Position numbers and translations under genes: made by a program
The notes under the pieces: model-generated
What the model was told of the DNA's origin: nothing
Database searches by the model: none
Seen by the model: the letters and a program-made list of their open reading frames with translations, nothing else
Assembly: GCA_963801745.1 (NCBI GenBank)
Contig: CAWDFY010000004.1
Location: 640,312 to 704,311 of the forward strand
Length of the DNA stretch: 64,000 bases
Origin: an uncultured Chloroflexia bacterium
GTDB lineage: Bacteria > Chloroflexota > Limnocylindria > Limnocylindrales > CSP1-4
Direction: 5' to 3'
Shown: piece by piece, positions 1 through 10,516 of the stretch
Layout: the number at the start of each line of letters is the position of its first letter
How positions within the stretch are numbered: the first letter of the stretch is position 1

Positions 1-1
1 C

Positions 2-961
2 GAGATCGCCGTCGACTCGCTGGCCGCGGCCACGGTCGGGCTCGGCGGGCGGGTCTTCGATCAGATCCGCGTCGACCTGCCCCGCGGCCGCTCGAGCGTC
101 GCCGACATCGCCGCCGACCTGGCCGGCCTCGCCTCGGCGCTGCGCGAGCGACTGCCGACGAGCGTGCCGATCATCGCTGTCGGCGTCGCGGTGGTCGGCG
201 TAGTCCGTCGCAGCGACGGCATGGTGTCGATGGCGCCCAACCTCGGCTGGCGCGACGAGCCGCTCGGCGAGCAACTCACGGCCGCCCTCGGACTTGATGT
301 CCCCATCGTCTTCGCCAACGAGGCCGATCTCGCCGCCCTCGCCGAGCACCGCCGCGGGGCGGCCATCGGCGTCGACGACGTCCTGCTCGTGTGGGGCTCC
401 GTCGGGGTCGGCGGAGGTCTCATCGTCGACGGCGAGCCGCTTACCGGCGTGGCCGGCTACAGCGGCGAGGTCGGGCACATCCCGGTCAACCCGGACGGGC
501 TGCCGTGCCGGTGCGGGTCGCTCGGCTGCTGGGAGACCGAGGTCGGCACGAGCGCGCTGCTGCGCCGCGCCGGCCGGTCGCCGGAGAGCGGCCACGACGG
601 CTTCGACGCGGTGCTGGCCGACGCACGGGCCGGCGACCCGGTCGCGCTCGATGCGTTCGCGGAGACCGGCCGCTGGCTGGGCATCGGCCTCGCCGGGATC
701 ATCAACACGCTCAACCCGGAGCTCGTCCTCCTCGGCGGCCGGCTGACGTCGAGCTACCCGTTCGTGCGCTCGGCCCTCGAGGCGGAGCTCGACCGGCGGG
801 TGCTGCGCGCATCGCGCCGGGTCCTCCATGTCGTCACGACCAGTCTCGGCGTCGACGCACCGGTGCTCGGCGCCGCCGAACTGGCCTTCGAACCGTTGCT
901 TGCGGATCCCGCGGCATGGCTGCGACCACGCCACGCCCTGGCCGCGCTGGCAAGCGCCTGA
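2..961 (+). CDS. ROK-family regulator/sugar kinase, 5'-partial (XylR-like by context)
   Basis: Frame is open from the window edge. It carries the ROK signature CRCGSLGCWETEVG and glycine-rich motifs. It lies directly upstream of the xylose transporter genes. Confidence 0.75.
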   Translation, partial: EIAVDSLAAATVGLGGRVFDQIRVDLPRGRSSVADIAADLAGLASALRERLPTSVPIIAVGVAVVGVVRRSDGMVSMAPNLGWRDEPLGEQLTAALGLDVPIVFANEADLAALAEHRRGAAIGVDDVLLVWGSVGVGGGLIVDGEPLTGVAGYSGEVGHIPVNPDGLPCRCGSLGCWETEVGTSALLRRAGRSPESGHDGFDAVLADARAGDPVALDAFAETGRWLGIGLAGIINTLNPELVLLGGRLTSSYPFVRSALEAELDRRVLRASRRVLHVVTTSLGVDAPVLGAAELAFEPLLADPAAWLRPRHALAALASA

Positions 962-1073
962 AAGGAGCACGCCGTCAGGAGGGTCCGTCGAACAGGTTCT
1001 GGGGGGTGATAGCCTACGAGCCAGACTCGTTCGCTCTAGCGGTTGTGAGGAGACCCAGGAGGAGGAGGCAACG

Positions 1074-2253
1074 ATGTCGATCCGCCGGTTGACGGCACTA
1101 CTCGCGATCTTCGCGATCGTCCTTGCGGCATGTAGCGGGACGACGGCAAGCTCGGCACCGGCCAGCGCGGCTGCGCCGAGCGGGGCGGCCTCGGAGTCGC
1201 CCGCCTCGAGCCCGGCCGACGACGAGTTCATCGTCGGCGTCTCGTGGAACAACTACGACCAGCCGCGCTGGGCGTGCTGCGATGCCCCGGGCATCCGGGA
1301 CGTCGTCACGGCAGCTGGTGGCAAGGTCATCGAGACCGTCGCCGCCAACTCGACCGAGATCCAGCTGTCCAACATCGACGGGCTCATCGCCCAGGGCATG
1401 GACGTGCTGATCCTGCTCGCCAAGGACCCCGAGGCGATGCAGGCCAAGATCGCCGAGGTCAAGGCGCTCGGCATCCCGATCATCGGCTACGACCGCCTCG
1501 TCGACGATCCGGAGGTCTTCTACCTGACCTTCGACAACCAGGGCGTCGGTCGGATCATGGCCGAGGAGTTCACGAAGGTCGTCACCGAGGGCCAGATCGC
1601 GATCGTGAAGGGCCACTCGGCCGATCCCGAACGCGGACTTCCTGCGCGCCGGCATGGAGCCGGTCCTGAAGGCGAATCCCCGGGCTCACGATCCCGGCCG
1701 GGTGCGAGGACTACAACGACAACTGGAACACCGAGAACGCCCGGAACATGATGACCGCCTGCCTGGCGGCCGCGAACAACGACATCGTGGGCGTGATCTC
1801 CGAGAACGACAGCATGGCGACCGGCGTCGTCACCGCGCTCGGCGAGGTCGGTCTCGCCGGGACCATCCCGGTCACCGGCCAGGACGGCGACTTCCCGGCG
1901 CTCAACCGCGTCGCCCTCGGCACCCAGCTGGTCTCGGTCTGGAAGGACTCGGGCCAGCTCGGCAAGGTCGCCGGCGCCCTGGCGATCCAGCTCCATGAAG
2001 GCAAGACGTTCGAGCGAGCTCGTCGCGCCGGACGACATCGCGGACGTATGCCAAGCCACCGGCCGGCAACAACGCGGTCGAGTTCCAGGTGACCGACGCT
2101 GCGGGCGCGACCAACAAGGTCTGGTCCATCACCCTCAACCCCAACCCGGTGCTGCGAGCGAATCTCAACGAGCCGATCGACTCGGGCTGGGTGACCAAGG
2201 ACGTGGTCTGCGCTGGTGTCACCGACACCACCGCCGTCCCGGCCTGCGCCTGA
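1074..2253 (+). pseudogene. xylF: Xylose-type ABC transporter substrate-binding lipoprotein, several +1 frameshifts
   Basis: GGAGGAGGAGG RBS and ATG at 1074; lipoprotein signal (LAACSG). Periplasmic sugar-binding motifs continue through frames 3>1>2>3>1 (KGHSADP / MEPVLKANP / NMMTACLAAANNDIVGVISENDSMATG / ...NNAVEFQVTD). Stop at 2251-2253. Confidence 0.7.
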
Positions 2254-2338
2254 TCGAGGCGTCATGTACGTCGCGCCCTGCGCCCGCGGACCCCGCGGCG
2301 CAGGGCGCTTCGCTCACGTCGAGACGCGAGGTGAGCTC

Positions 2339-3647
2339 GTGACGAACGCCGCCGACACCGTCGTCGTCGAGCCCGACCGCGGCAGACGACGTCGCTGCGC
2401 GGCTGGCGAGCGCTCGAGATCGACCTTCGGCTGTTCGGGATGGTCATCGCCCTCGTGGCGATCATCCTCGGCGTTCGGCGCCCTGACCGGCGGGCGGTTC
2501 CTCACCCCGGTCAACCTCATCAACCTCACGGTCCAGGCCGTATCTCGTGGCGATCATCGCGACCGGGATGACCCTGATCATCGTGTCGCGCAACATCGAC
2601 CTGTCGGTCGGCTCGATCGTCGGCGTCGTCGGGATGACCCTGGCGCTGATGATGACCCAGGTCCTGCCCGAACGCGATCGGGTTCGACCATCCGCTGACC
2701 TGGGTCATCGCGCTCGTCGTCGGCATGGCGCTCGGCGGGCTCATCGGCGCGCTTCCAGGGCGCGATCATCGCCTACATCGGCGTCCCCTCCTTCATCGTC
2801 ACGCTCGGCGGCCTGCTGGCCTGGCGGGGTGTCACGTTCGGCGATCACCCAGGGCGTGACGATCGCCCCGGTCGACCCGATCTTCCGCCTGCTCGGCGGC
2901 GGGCCGCGCGGCTCGCTCGGCGGACCGGCGAGCTGGGTGGTCGGCATCGTCATCTGCATCGCCGTGCGTCGCGCTGCTCGTCTACAACCGGCGGCGGCGC
3001 CGCCAGTTCGGCTTCGCGCTCCGACCGATATGGGCGGAGGTGACCCTCGGGGTGGTCGGCTGCGCCTTCGTCCTGGGCCTCGTCTACATCGCCAACAGCT
3101 ACCTGTGGCCCGCCGGCGCTCGCCCGTCAGTGGTCGCAGCAGACGGGCCTGCCCGTCCCGCCGGGCGGCCTCCAGTCCGGCATCCCGTGGCCGGTCATCG
3201 TTCTGCTGCTGGTGACGCTCGTGATGACCTTCATCGCCACGCAGCCGTCGCTTCGGTCGCTACGTGTTCGCCATCGGCGGCAACCCCGAGGCCGCCGAGC
3301 TCGGCGGCATCAACACGCGCTGGACGATCATGAAGACGTTCATCCTGATCGGGGTCCTGTGCGGGCTCAGCGCGGCCATCGCGGCGGCCCGGATCGACGG
3401 GGCGACGCTCGACCTCGGCGCCGGGTACGAGCTGTACGTGATCGCCGCGTGCGTCATCGGTGGCACCTCGTTCGCCGGCGGCATCGGAACGATCCCCGGC
3501 GCCGTCCTCGGCGCGCTCGTTATGGCCGCGCTCGCCTACGGCCTGAGCTTCATCGGACTGGTCGGTCCGATCCAGGACGTCGTGGCCGGGATCGTGCTCG
3601 TGACCGCGGTCGGGTTCGACACCGTGAACCGACGACGGGCCGGCTAG
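2339..3647 (+). pseudogene. xylH: Sugar ABC transporter permease (XylH-like), multiple frameshifts
   Basis: Permease motifs are spread over several frames: GRFLTPVNLINLTVQA; IIATGMTLIIVSRNIDLSVGS; IAYIGVPSFIVTLGGLLAWRG; FAIGGNPEAAELGGIN...CVIGGTSFAGGIGTIPG. The GTG start at 2339 is tentative. Confidence 0.65.
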
Positions 3648-3663
3648 GCGGGGAGGCAGGGAC

Positions 3664-4469
3664 GTGACCGTCGCCGAGCGCGTGCGCCCTCGTCGAGATG
3701 CGCGACATCAACGTGGCGTTCGGTGGCATCCACGCCGTCAGGGATGTCTCGATCGATCTCCACGAAGGCGAGGTCGTGGGCATCGTCGGTGGCAACGGGG
3801 CCGGGCAAGTCGACGCTGATGCGCGTACTGTCGGGCGCCCACAAGGCCGACTCCGGCGAGATCCTGATCGACGGCGAGACGCAGTCGATCTCCAGCCCAC
3901 GCGATGCCAAGGCCCACAACATCGAGACGATCTACCAGACGCTCGCGCTGGCCGACAACATCGACGCACCGGCCAACATGTTCCTCGGCCGCGAGCTGAT
4001 GACGCGCTGGGGCACGCTCGACGACTCCGCGATGGAGGACCAGACGCGGAAGGTCATGAAGCGGATCAACCCGAACTTCACGAACTTCACGACGCCGGTC
4101 AAGTCGCTGTCGGGCGGCCAGCGGCAGGCCATCGCGATCGCCCGGGCGATCCACTTCAACGCCAGGATCCTGATCATGGACGAGCCGACCGCCGCGCTCG
4201 GGCCGGCCGAGACGGCCCAGGTCCGCGAACAGATCAAGCACCTCAAGAGCGAGGGCGTCGGCATCTTCCTCGATCAGCCACGACATCCACGACGTGTTCG
4301 ACCTGTCCGAGCGGGTCAGCATCATGTACCACGGCCGGATCGTCGACACGGTCGACAAGAACGACGTCACGCCCGACGAGATCGTGAGCATGATCATCCT
4401 CGGCAAGCGACCCGAGGAGGCGAGCACAGAAGGAGCTGGAGCAGCTCGAGCTGGGCTCGGCGGCCCTAA
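3664..4469 (+). pseudogene. xylG: Sugar ABC transporter ATP-binding protein, frameshifted
   Basis: Walker A is split across frames (GGNGAG|[10 protein letters not shown]). Has the LSGGQRQ signature and Walker [13 protein letters not shown]. The C-terminus ([16 protein letters not shown]) is in the next frame. GGGAGG RBS precedes GTG 3664. Confidence 0.7.
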
Positions 4470-5967
4470 GGGTCACACGCGTCGGGCCGGTGGAACGTCG
4501 GGGCCAGCGCCGGGTAGAGCGCCCGATAGGCCTCGTGCGCGTCGGCATACCGTTCCGCGTCCGGGCCCGGTGACGCGGCCGGGGCGACGCGGACCAGCGC
4601 CTCGGTCGCCTCCTCGACCGACCCGAACCAGCCGGCGCCGACCGCCGCCGAGCAGGGCTGCACCGTAGGCCGCGCCCTCGGTCGTGCTGACGGTGGCGAG
4701 CTCGGCGCCCAGGACGTCGGCGAGGATCTGGCGCCACAGCGGGCTGGCCGTCCCGCCGCCTGACGCCCGGACCTGGGCCGGCGCCGGCATGCCGGCCGCG
4801 ATCATCTGGTCGAGGCCGTCGCGCAGCCCGAAGGCGACGCCCTCGAGCACGGCCCGCGTCATGTGCCGCCGATCGTGGCCGACGCTCAGACCGACGAACG
4901 CGCCACGGGCGAGCGGATCGGGGTGCGGGCTCCGCTCGCCGGTGAGGTAGGGCAGGAACAGCAGGCCGTCCGAGCCGGGCGGCACGCCCTCGGCCGACTC
5001 GGTCAGCGTCGCGAACGACTCGCCCGGCGCCAGGGCGTCGCGGAACCAGCGCAGGCTGCCGGCCGCCGACAGCATCACGGTCATCATGTGCCAGCGGCCC
5101 GGGACGGCGTGGCAGAACGCGTGGACCTGGCCGGCCGGATCGCGCAGCGGTTCGGCGGTCGTGGCGAAGACCACGCCGCTCGTCCCGAGCGACAGGGCGA
5201 CGACGCCCGGTGCGACGGCCCCGACGCCGACGGCGTTGGCCGCCTGATCGCCGCCCCCGGCCACGACCGGGGTACCGGCACGGAGCCCCGTCGCCTCGGC
5301 TGCCGCCACCGTGATCATCCCGGTCACCTCGGGCCCCTCGAACGTCGGCGGCAGCCAGTCCGTCTCGATGCCCAGCGCCTCGAGCACCTCGCTCGACCAG
5401 TCGCGGGCCGTCGAGGTCGAACAGCAGGGTCCCGGCACCATCGGCCTTGTCGAGCGCGTGCTCGCCGGTCAGCCGCAGCCGGACGTAGTCCTTGGGCAGC
5501 AGCACGTGGGCGATCCGCGCCCAGACATCGGGCTCGTGGTCGCGGACCCACACCAGCTTCGGCGCGGTGAACCCGGTCAGCGCGGTATTGCCGGTGATCT
5601 CGATGAGACGCTCGGGCCCGATGGCGGCGCGGATCTCGTCGCAGGCATCGGCGGTGCGCTGGTCGTTCCACAGGATCGCCGGGCGGAGCACCTGGTCGGC
5701 CGCGTCGAGCAGCACGGCGCCGTGCATCTGGCCCGTCAGCCCGACCGCGGCGACATCCTCACCGGCGACGCCCGACGAAGCCAGGACGGCCCGGACCGCG
5801 CTGACCGTCCCGTCCCACCACAGCCCCGGGTCCTGCTCCGTCCAGCCCGGCCGGGGCACGTCGTAGCCGTACTCGGCCGTGCCGATCCCGACGACTGCCC
5901 CGGCCTCGTCGACGAGGACGGCCTTGGTGGCCGTCGTCGAGACGTCGATGCCGACGACGTGCGCCAC
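4466..5967 (-). pseudogene. xylB: Xylulokinase (FGGY family), two +1 frameshifts
   Basis: Three consecutive frames: MAHVVGIDVSTTATKAVL...WNDQRT; then SLGTSGVVF...GGGTASPLWRQILADVLG; then [17 protein letters not shown]. The frames join near 5400 and 4650. Confidence 0.85.
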
Positions 5968-5970
5968 GGA

Positions 5971-7336
5971 TCAACGACCGGCGGAGGTCGTCACCCGGGA
6001 CGCGTCGGTCGCCCAGATCGACTGGTTGACGACGTTCTCGAGCGCCTCCTGCTGGCCCGACACTGGCTGGGGATCGATGTCGCCCGCCGCGACCTTGCCC
6101 TCGAGCGACTCGAGCGTCTCACTGCCGTCGAGGATCCTCGACCCGAGCGGTCCGTCCCAGCCCGCGTAGCGCTCGGCCTTGCGGTCGGCGAGGTCGCCGC
6201 GCTCGACCAGGTCGGCCGCCACGAGCAGCGCACGTGCCACGGTGTCGAGCCCGCCGACATGGGCATGGAACAGGTCGCTCCGATCGGTGCTCTGGCGGCG
6301 CAGCTTGGCGTCGAAGTTGAAGCCGCCCGGCGCGATCCCGCCGTGGCGCAGGATCTCGTACAGCGGCAGCGCGAGGTCGTCGACCGAGTTCGGGAACTGG
6401 TCGGTGTCCCAACCGTTCTGCGGGTCGCCACGGTTCGCGTCGATGCTGCCCAGGCTGCCGTTCGAGACCGCGAAGGCGACCTCGTGGTGGAAGCTGTGGC
6501 CGGCCAGCGTCGCGTGGTTGGCCTCGATGTTGACGCGGTACTCGCCGTCGAGGCCATGCCGGACGAGGAAGCCGACCACCGTCGACACGTCGTAGTCGTA
6601 CTGGTGCTTGGTCGGCTCCATCGGCTTGGGCTCGATGAGCAGCTGGCCGTCGAACCCGATCTTGTGCTTGTGCTCCGCGACGAGGTGCAGGAACCGGGCG
6701 AGCTGCTCGCCCTCGCGCTTGCAGGTCGGTGTTGAGGAGCGTGTCGTAGCCCTCGCGGCCGCCCCACAGGACGTAGTTCTGGCCGGACAGCCGCACGGTG
6801 ACCTCGAGCATGTGCTTGACCTGGGCGGCCGCATAGGCGAACACCTCGGGGTCGGGGTTGGTGGCGGCACCGGCCTGGTAGCGCGGATGGGTGAACAGGT
6901 TGGCCGTGCCCCACAGGAGCCGGATCCCGGTCCGTTCCTGGTAGCCCAGGGCGTCGTCGGCCAGGGCGTCCAGGTTGTCGCGGAACTCGGCGAAGGTGTC
7001 GCCCTCCGGCGCGACGTCGCGGTCGTGGAAGCAGAAGTACGGGATGTCGATCTTCTCGAAGAACTCGAAGGCCGCCGCCATCTTCTGGCGGGCCGCGTCC
7101 ATCGGGTCGCCGGCGTCACTCAGCCAGGGGCGGTCCATCGTCCCGATCCCGAACATGTCGATGCCCGGCCAGGCGAACGAGTGCCAGAAGCAGACACCGG
7201 GTCGGAGGTGGTCCTCCATCCGCTGGCCGAGGACCAGCCGGTCCTTGTCGTAGACCTTGAACGCGAAGGGGTTCGTGGAGTCGAGCCCCTCGTATCGGAT
7301 CGGCTCCGTGACCTCCGTGAAGAACGCCTCGACCAC
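5971..7336 (-). pseudogene. xylA: Xylose isomerase, one frameshift near 6725
   Basis: GGAGGAGG RBS and GTG at 7336. Motifs FCFHDRD, WGGREGY and LIEPKP(M)[10 protein letters not shown] are split over two frames. The stop is 3 nt upstream of the xylB start. Confidence 0.9.
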
Positions 7337-7393
7337 GCCGATCCTCCTCCCGACCTCGCTCGACCTGCCTCGTGCCGCAGCGTAGCACCGGCG

Positions 7394-7414
7394 TTTGTAG
7401 GAGAGAAGCACAAA
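7394..7414. promoter_or_regulatory. Candidate ROK/XylR operator palindrome TTTGT-N11-ACAAA upstream of xylA
   Basis: AT-rich perfect 5-bp inverted arms in a GC-rich intergenic region, 58 nt upstream of the xylA start. Resembles the TTTGT/ACAAA cores of known xyl operators (from memory). Confidence 0.35.
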
Positions 7415-7447
7415 TCAACCCGGGGCCGATCCGCGGTGCCCAGCCAG

Positions 7448-7747
7448 CTAGTGCAGGCGCTCCAATCGGGCGATCGCCTCGTCGGCGGGGGCGTCGAGGT
7501 CGACGATCTGAGGCGGTTCGTCGGGGACGACGGCACCGAGGGCGACCGGCGCATCGGGATCGCGCACCTCGTGGAAGGCGAAGTGGACGGGCTCCTCTTC
7601 CTGGACGCCCTCCGGCCAGCCCGCCGAGCGGTAGCCGATGAACCCGAGACCGAACGCCTCGAGCGCCCGGCCGGTCGTCGGGCTCCTGACCCACGCGACG
7701 ATGCAAGCCCCCACCAGTAGCAGGATCAGCGCAGTCGCGATGTCCAT
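7448..7747 (-). CDS. Hypothetical membrane-anchored protein
   Basis: 100-aa ORF with one N-terminal TM helix (MDIATALILLLVGACIVAWV) and an acidic tail. No recognisable family. Confidence 0.4.
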   Translation of the reverse strand: MDIATALILLLVGACIVAWVRSPTTGRALEAFGLGFIGYRSAGWPEGVQEEEPVHFAFHEVRDPDAPVALGAVVPDEPPQIVDLDAPADEAIARLERLH

Positions 7748-7828
7748 GGCACCTGCTCGCACGAGGGTGCGCCGATGGCGCAGTCACGTCAAACGAGCCG
7801 GCGGCCACGCCCGGTGTAGCATCGCGCG

Positions 7829-9058
7829 GTGAGCGACAGGGCCGAGCAGGGGTTCTCCACGCGCGCGATCCGCGCCGCCTCGCGCGTGCCGCGCGTCGAC
7901 CAGCGGCCGACCACGGTGCCGATCTACCAGACAGCGACGTTCACCTCGAGCGACGCCGAGGAGCTGGCCGACGTCGTCGCCGATGCGCGCGCCGGGTACT
8001 CGTATACCCGCCTCGCCAACCCGACGAGCCGCGCGTTGGGCGATGCCTATGCCGAGCTTGCCGGAGCGGAGGTCGGTACGTCGCTGTCCTCCGGCATGGG
8101 CGCGGTCCACGCGGCCCTCGGGTCGCAGCTGTCGGCCGGCGACCGGCTGGTCGGGCCGCTGGCCGCCTATGGCTCGACGCGCAAGCTCCTGGGCGACATC
8201 CTCACGCGGTTCGGCGTCCGGGTCGATCTCGTCGACATGACCGACAACACCGCCGTGGCCGCAGCCATCGCGGCCGCCCCGACGACGGTCGTCTACGCCG
8301 AGACCATCGCCAACCCGACGACCGTGGTGACCGATCACGCGACGGTGGCGCGGCTGGCCCACGAGCACGGAGCGACGTACCTCGTCGACAACACCTTCGC
8401 CTCACCGTACGTCTGCCGGCCGATCGAGCTCGGGGCGGACCTGGTCATCGAGTCGGCGACCAAGTTCCTCGGCGGCCACAGCGATGTCATCGCCGGCGTG
8501 GTGGCCGGCCGCGCCGAGCTCGTCCGCCAGGTCGAGGCCTTCCAGAACGACACGGGCGGCACGGTCGGGCCCTTCGACGCGTTCCTCGTCCTGCGCGGGC
8601 TGCTGACCCTCGGCGTGCGCATGGACCGACACGCCAGCAACGCCGCGGCACTCGGCGGCTGGCTCGAGCGTCAGGAGGGCGTGGTCCGCGTCCTCTATCC
8701 GGGTCTGCCCAGCCATCCGCAGCACGCCGTCGCCGTCCGCCAGTTCCGCGACGGCGTGGCCGGCGGCATGCTCGCCTTCGAGGTCGAGGGTGGCCGAGCG
8801 GCCGGTCAGGCGATCATCGATTCGATGTCGCTCCCCGAGCTGACCGCCTCGCTCGGCAGCGTCCACACGTTCGTCGTCCATCCGCCGTCGACCTCCCAGC
8901 GCCAGCTGTCCGAGGACGAGCTGATCGCGTCCGGCATCACGCCGGGGCTGCTTCGGGTGTCGGTCGGCCTCGAGGATGTCGAGGACCTGCAAGCCGACCT
9001 CGCCGCCGCGCTCGCGGTGGCGCGTCGCGCGGCGAGCGGCGCCCCGGTCGGCGTCTAG
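7829..9058 (+). CDS. PLP-dependent Cys/Met-metabolism enzyme (cystathionine gamma-synthase / methionine gamma-lyase / O-acylhomoserine sulfhydrylase family)
   Basis: Intact 409-aa ORF. PLP-lysine motif SATKFLGGHSD, plus YTRLANPT and RVSVGLED family motifs. Confidence 0.85.
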   Translation: MSDRAEQGFSTRAIRAASRVPRVDQRPTTVPIYQTATFTSSDAEELADVVADARAGYSYTRLANPTSRALGDAYAELAGAEVGTSLSSGMGAVHAALGSQLSAGDRLVGPLAAYGSTRKLLGDILTRFGVRVDLVDMTDNTAVAAAIAAAPTTVVYAETIANPTTVVTDHATVARLAHEHGATYLVDNTFASPYVCRPIELGADLVIESATKFLGGHSDVIAGVVAGRAELVRQVEAFQNDTGGTVGPFDAFLVLRGLLTLGVRMDRHASNAAALGGWLERQEGVVRVLYPGLPSHPQHAVAVRQFRDGVAGGMLAFEVEGGRAAGQAIIDSMSLPELTASLGSVHTFVVHPPSTSQRQLSEDELIASGITPGLLRVSVGLEDVEDLQADLAAALAVARRAASGAPVGV

Positions 9059-9067
9059 GCCCTCCCC

Positions 9068-10516
9068 GTGGCGACACCGGCCGCCGTCCGGGCGGCGAGC
9101 GCCGCGGGCGCCCCGACCAACCCGCTCGCGCAGCTCGGCCAGGGCATCTGGCGACTGCTGACGTCGGTCGACTTCGCGGTCGCCCAGATCATCTTCCTGT
9201 CGATCCTCGCGGTCATCGGGATGACCCTCCAGCAGCTGCCCGACTTCGCATCCCGCTCGGCTGGCGACTACGCGGCCGCGATGGAGGCCATCCACGTCCG
9301 CTATGACCCTGTGCTCGGGCCGGGCGTCGTCAACGTGCTCGAGCGGCTCGGCACGTTCGCGATCTTCAAGTCGGCGATCTTCGGGATCGCGCTCGTGGTC
9401 CTGGCCGTGTCGATCGTGGTGTGCACGCTGGATCGCACCCCGCGGCTGTGGCGGGACGTGTCCGCGGTGCGGGTCGCCCAACCCGAGCCGTTCTTCGACC
9501 CGCGGCTACCGGACCGCGCGGCGATGGACGGCGTCGCGGCCGCCGACGTGTCGCGCGTCGTCCGCGGCCACGGGCTGCGCGTCCGCGAGGAGGTCGCCCC
9601 GGACGGGACGACGCACGTCTACGGCGACCGCCACCAGTACACGAAGCTCGCGACCCTGTTCACCCACCTCGGGCTGATCCTGTTTCTCGTCGCGGCGGCC
9701 GTGACATCGCGGTTCGGCGACGAGCAGGGCCTGATCGTGCCCGAGGGCGAATCGCTGACCGTCCAGAACATCGGCACGCCCGACCTGCTGCTCGTCAAGA
9801 ACCTCGACTTCGAGGCGCCCGGCTTCGAGACCGGCATGCCGAGCGACTTCACGACGGACCTCGCCGTGTTCCAGAACGGCACCGAGGTCGCCCGCAAGAC
9901 GATCCGCGTCAACGACCCGCTCGCGGTCGGCGGCTACACGTTCCACCAGAACGGGTTCGGTCCGGCACCCCACCTCGTGATCCGGGACACGGACGGCGAA
10001 CCGCTGTGGGACGCCAAGGTGCCGATGATCGGGGCCGCCGGCGGGGCGCCGTACGAGACGATGGCGGTGCCCGGCAGGGACCTCGGGCTGCAGCTGCTGC
10101 TCGGCCGGAACGACGCCGGCGAGGGGGTCCTGGTCGTCCTGCCCTACCGGATCATCGGCACCAACCCCGACGGCACGCCCCAGGTCGAGAACTTCGACGC
10201 CGTCCGGCTGCGGCCCGGCGACGAGCAGGTGTCCGACGCGCTGGGCATCTCGATCGCGCTGACCGACTTCGGCGAGTACACGCTGCTCATCGCCAAGCGC
10301 GATCCGGGGCAGGGCATCGTGTGGGCGGCGTTCCTGTCGCTGATCGCGGGCATCACGATCACGTTCTACCGGCCGCGGCGCCGGGTCTGGGCCCGCGTCG
10401 CGCCGGACGGCCGCCTCGGCATCGTGTTCCGCGCCGACCGCTATGTCGACGTCGAACGCGAGTTCGGCGCGATGCTCGACGACCTCGTCGCGGCCCGTCC
10501 ACCCGCGCCGGCGTGA
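9068..10516 (+). CDS. resB: Cytochrome c biogenesis protein ResB/Ccs1
   Basis: Intact 482-aa ORF. ResB-type N-terminus (WRLLTSVDFAVAQIIFLSILAVIGMTLQQLP), a large extracytoplasmic domain and a C-terminal TM helix. Confidence 0.75.
   Translation: MATPAAVRAASAAGAPTNPLAQLGQGIWRLLTSVDFAVAQIIFLSILAVIGMTLQQLPDFASRSAGDYAAAMEAIHVRYDPVLGPGVVNVLERLGTFAIFKSAIFGIALVVLAVSIVVCTLDRTPRLWRDVSAVRVAQPEPFFDPRLPDRAAMDGVAAADVSRVVRGHGLRVREEVAPDGTTHVYGDRHQYTKLATLFTHLGLILFLVAAAVTSRFGDEQGLIVPEGESLTVQNIGTPDLLLVKNLDFEAPGFETGMPSDFTTDLAVFQNGTEVARKTIRVNDPLAVGGYTFHQNGFGPAPHLVIRDTDGEPLWDAKVPMIGAAGGAPYETMAVPGRDLGLQLLLGRNDAGEGVLVVLPYRIIGTNPDGTPQVENFDAVRLRPGDEQVSDALGISIALTDFGEYTLLIAKRDPGQGIVWAAFLSLIAGITITFYRPRRRVWARVAPDGRLGIVFRADRYVDVEREFGAMLDDLVAARPPAPA

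Noticed and set aside
1074-7336. Programmed ribosomal frameshifting as the cause of the xyl-locus frame changes
   Set aside because: There are too many shifts per gene, no slippery-heptamer or pseudoknot context, and the same phenomenon occurs in unrelated genes. Indels are the simpler explanation.
7763-7828. SAM-type or other riboswitch upstream of the PLP Cys/Met enzyme
   Set aside because: The leader is only about 65 nt and I could not fold a recognisable SAM riboswitch core. It needs an Rfam scan, so I do not claim it.
9421-10512. N-terminal 364 aa of the 874-aa ORF 9421-12045
   Set aside because: This part overlaps resB in another frame and has an Arg-rich nonsense translation. The real PucR gene starts at the GTG at 10513.
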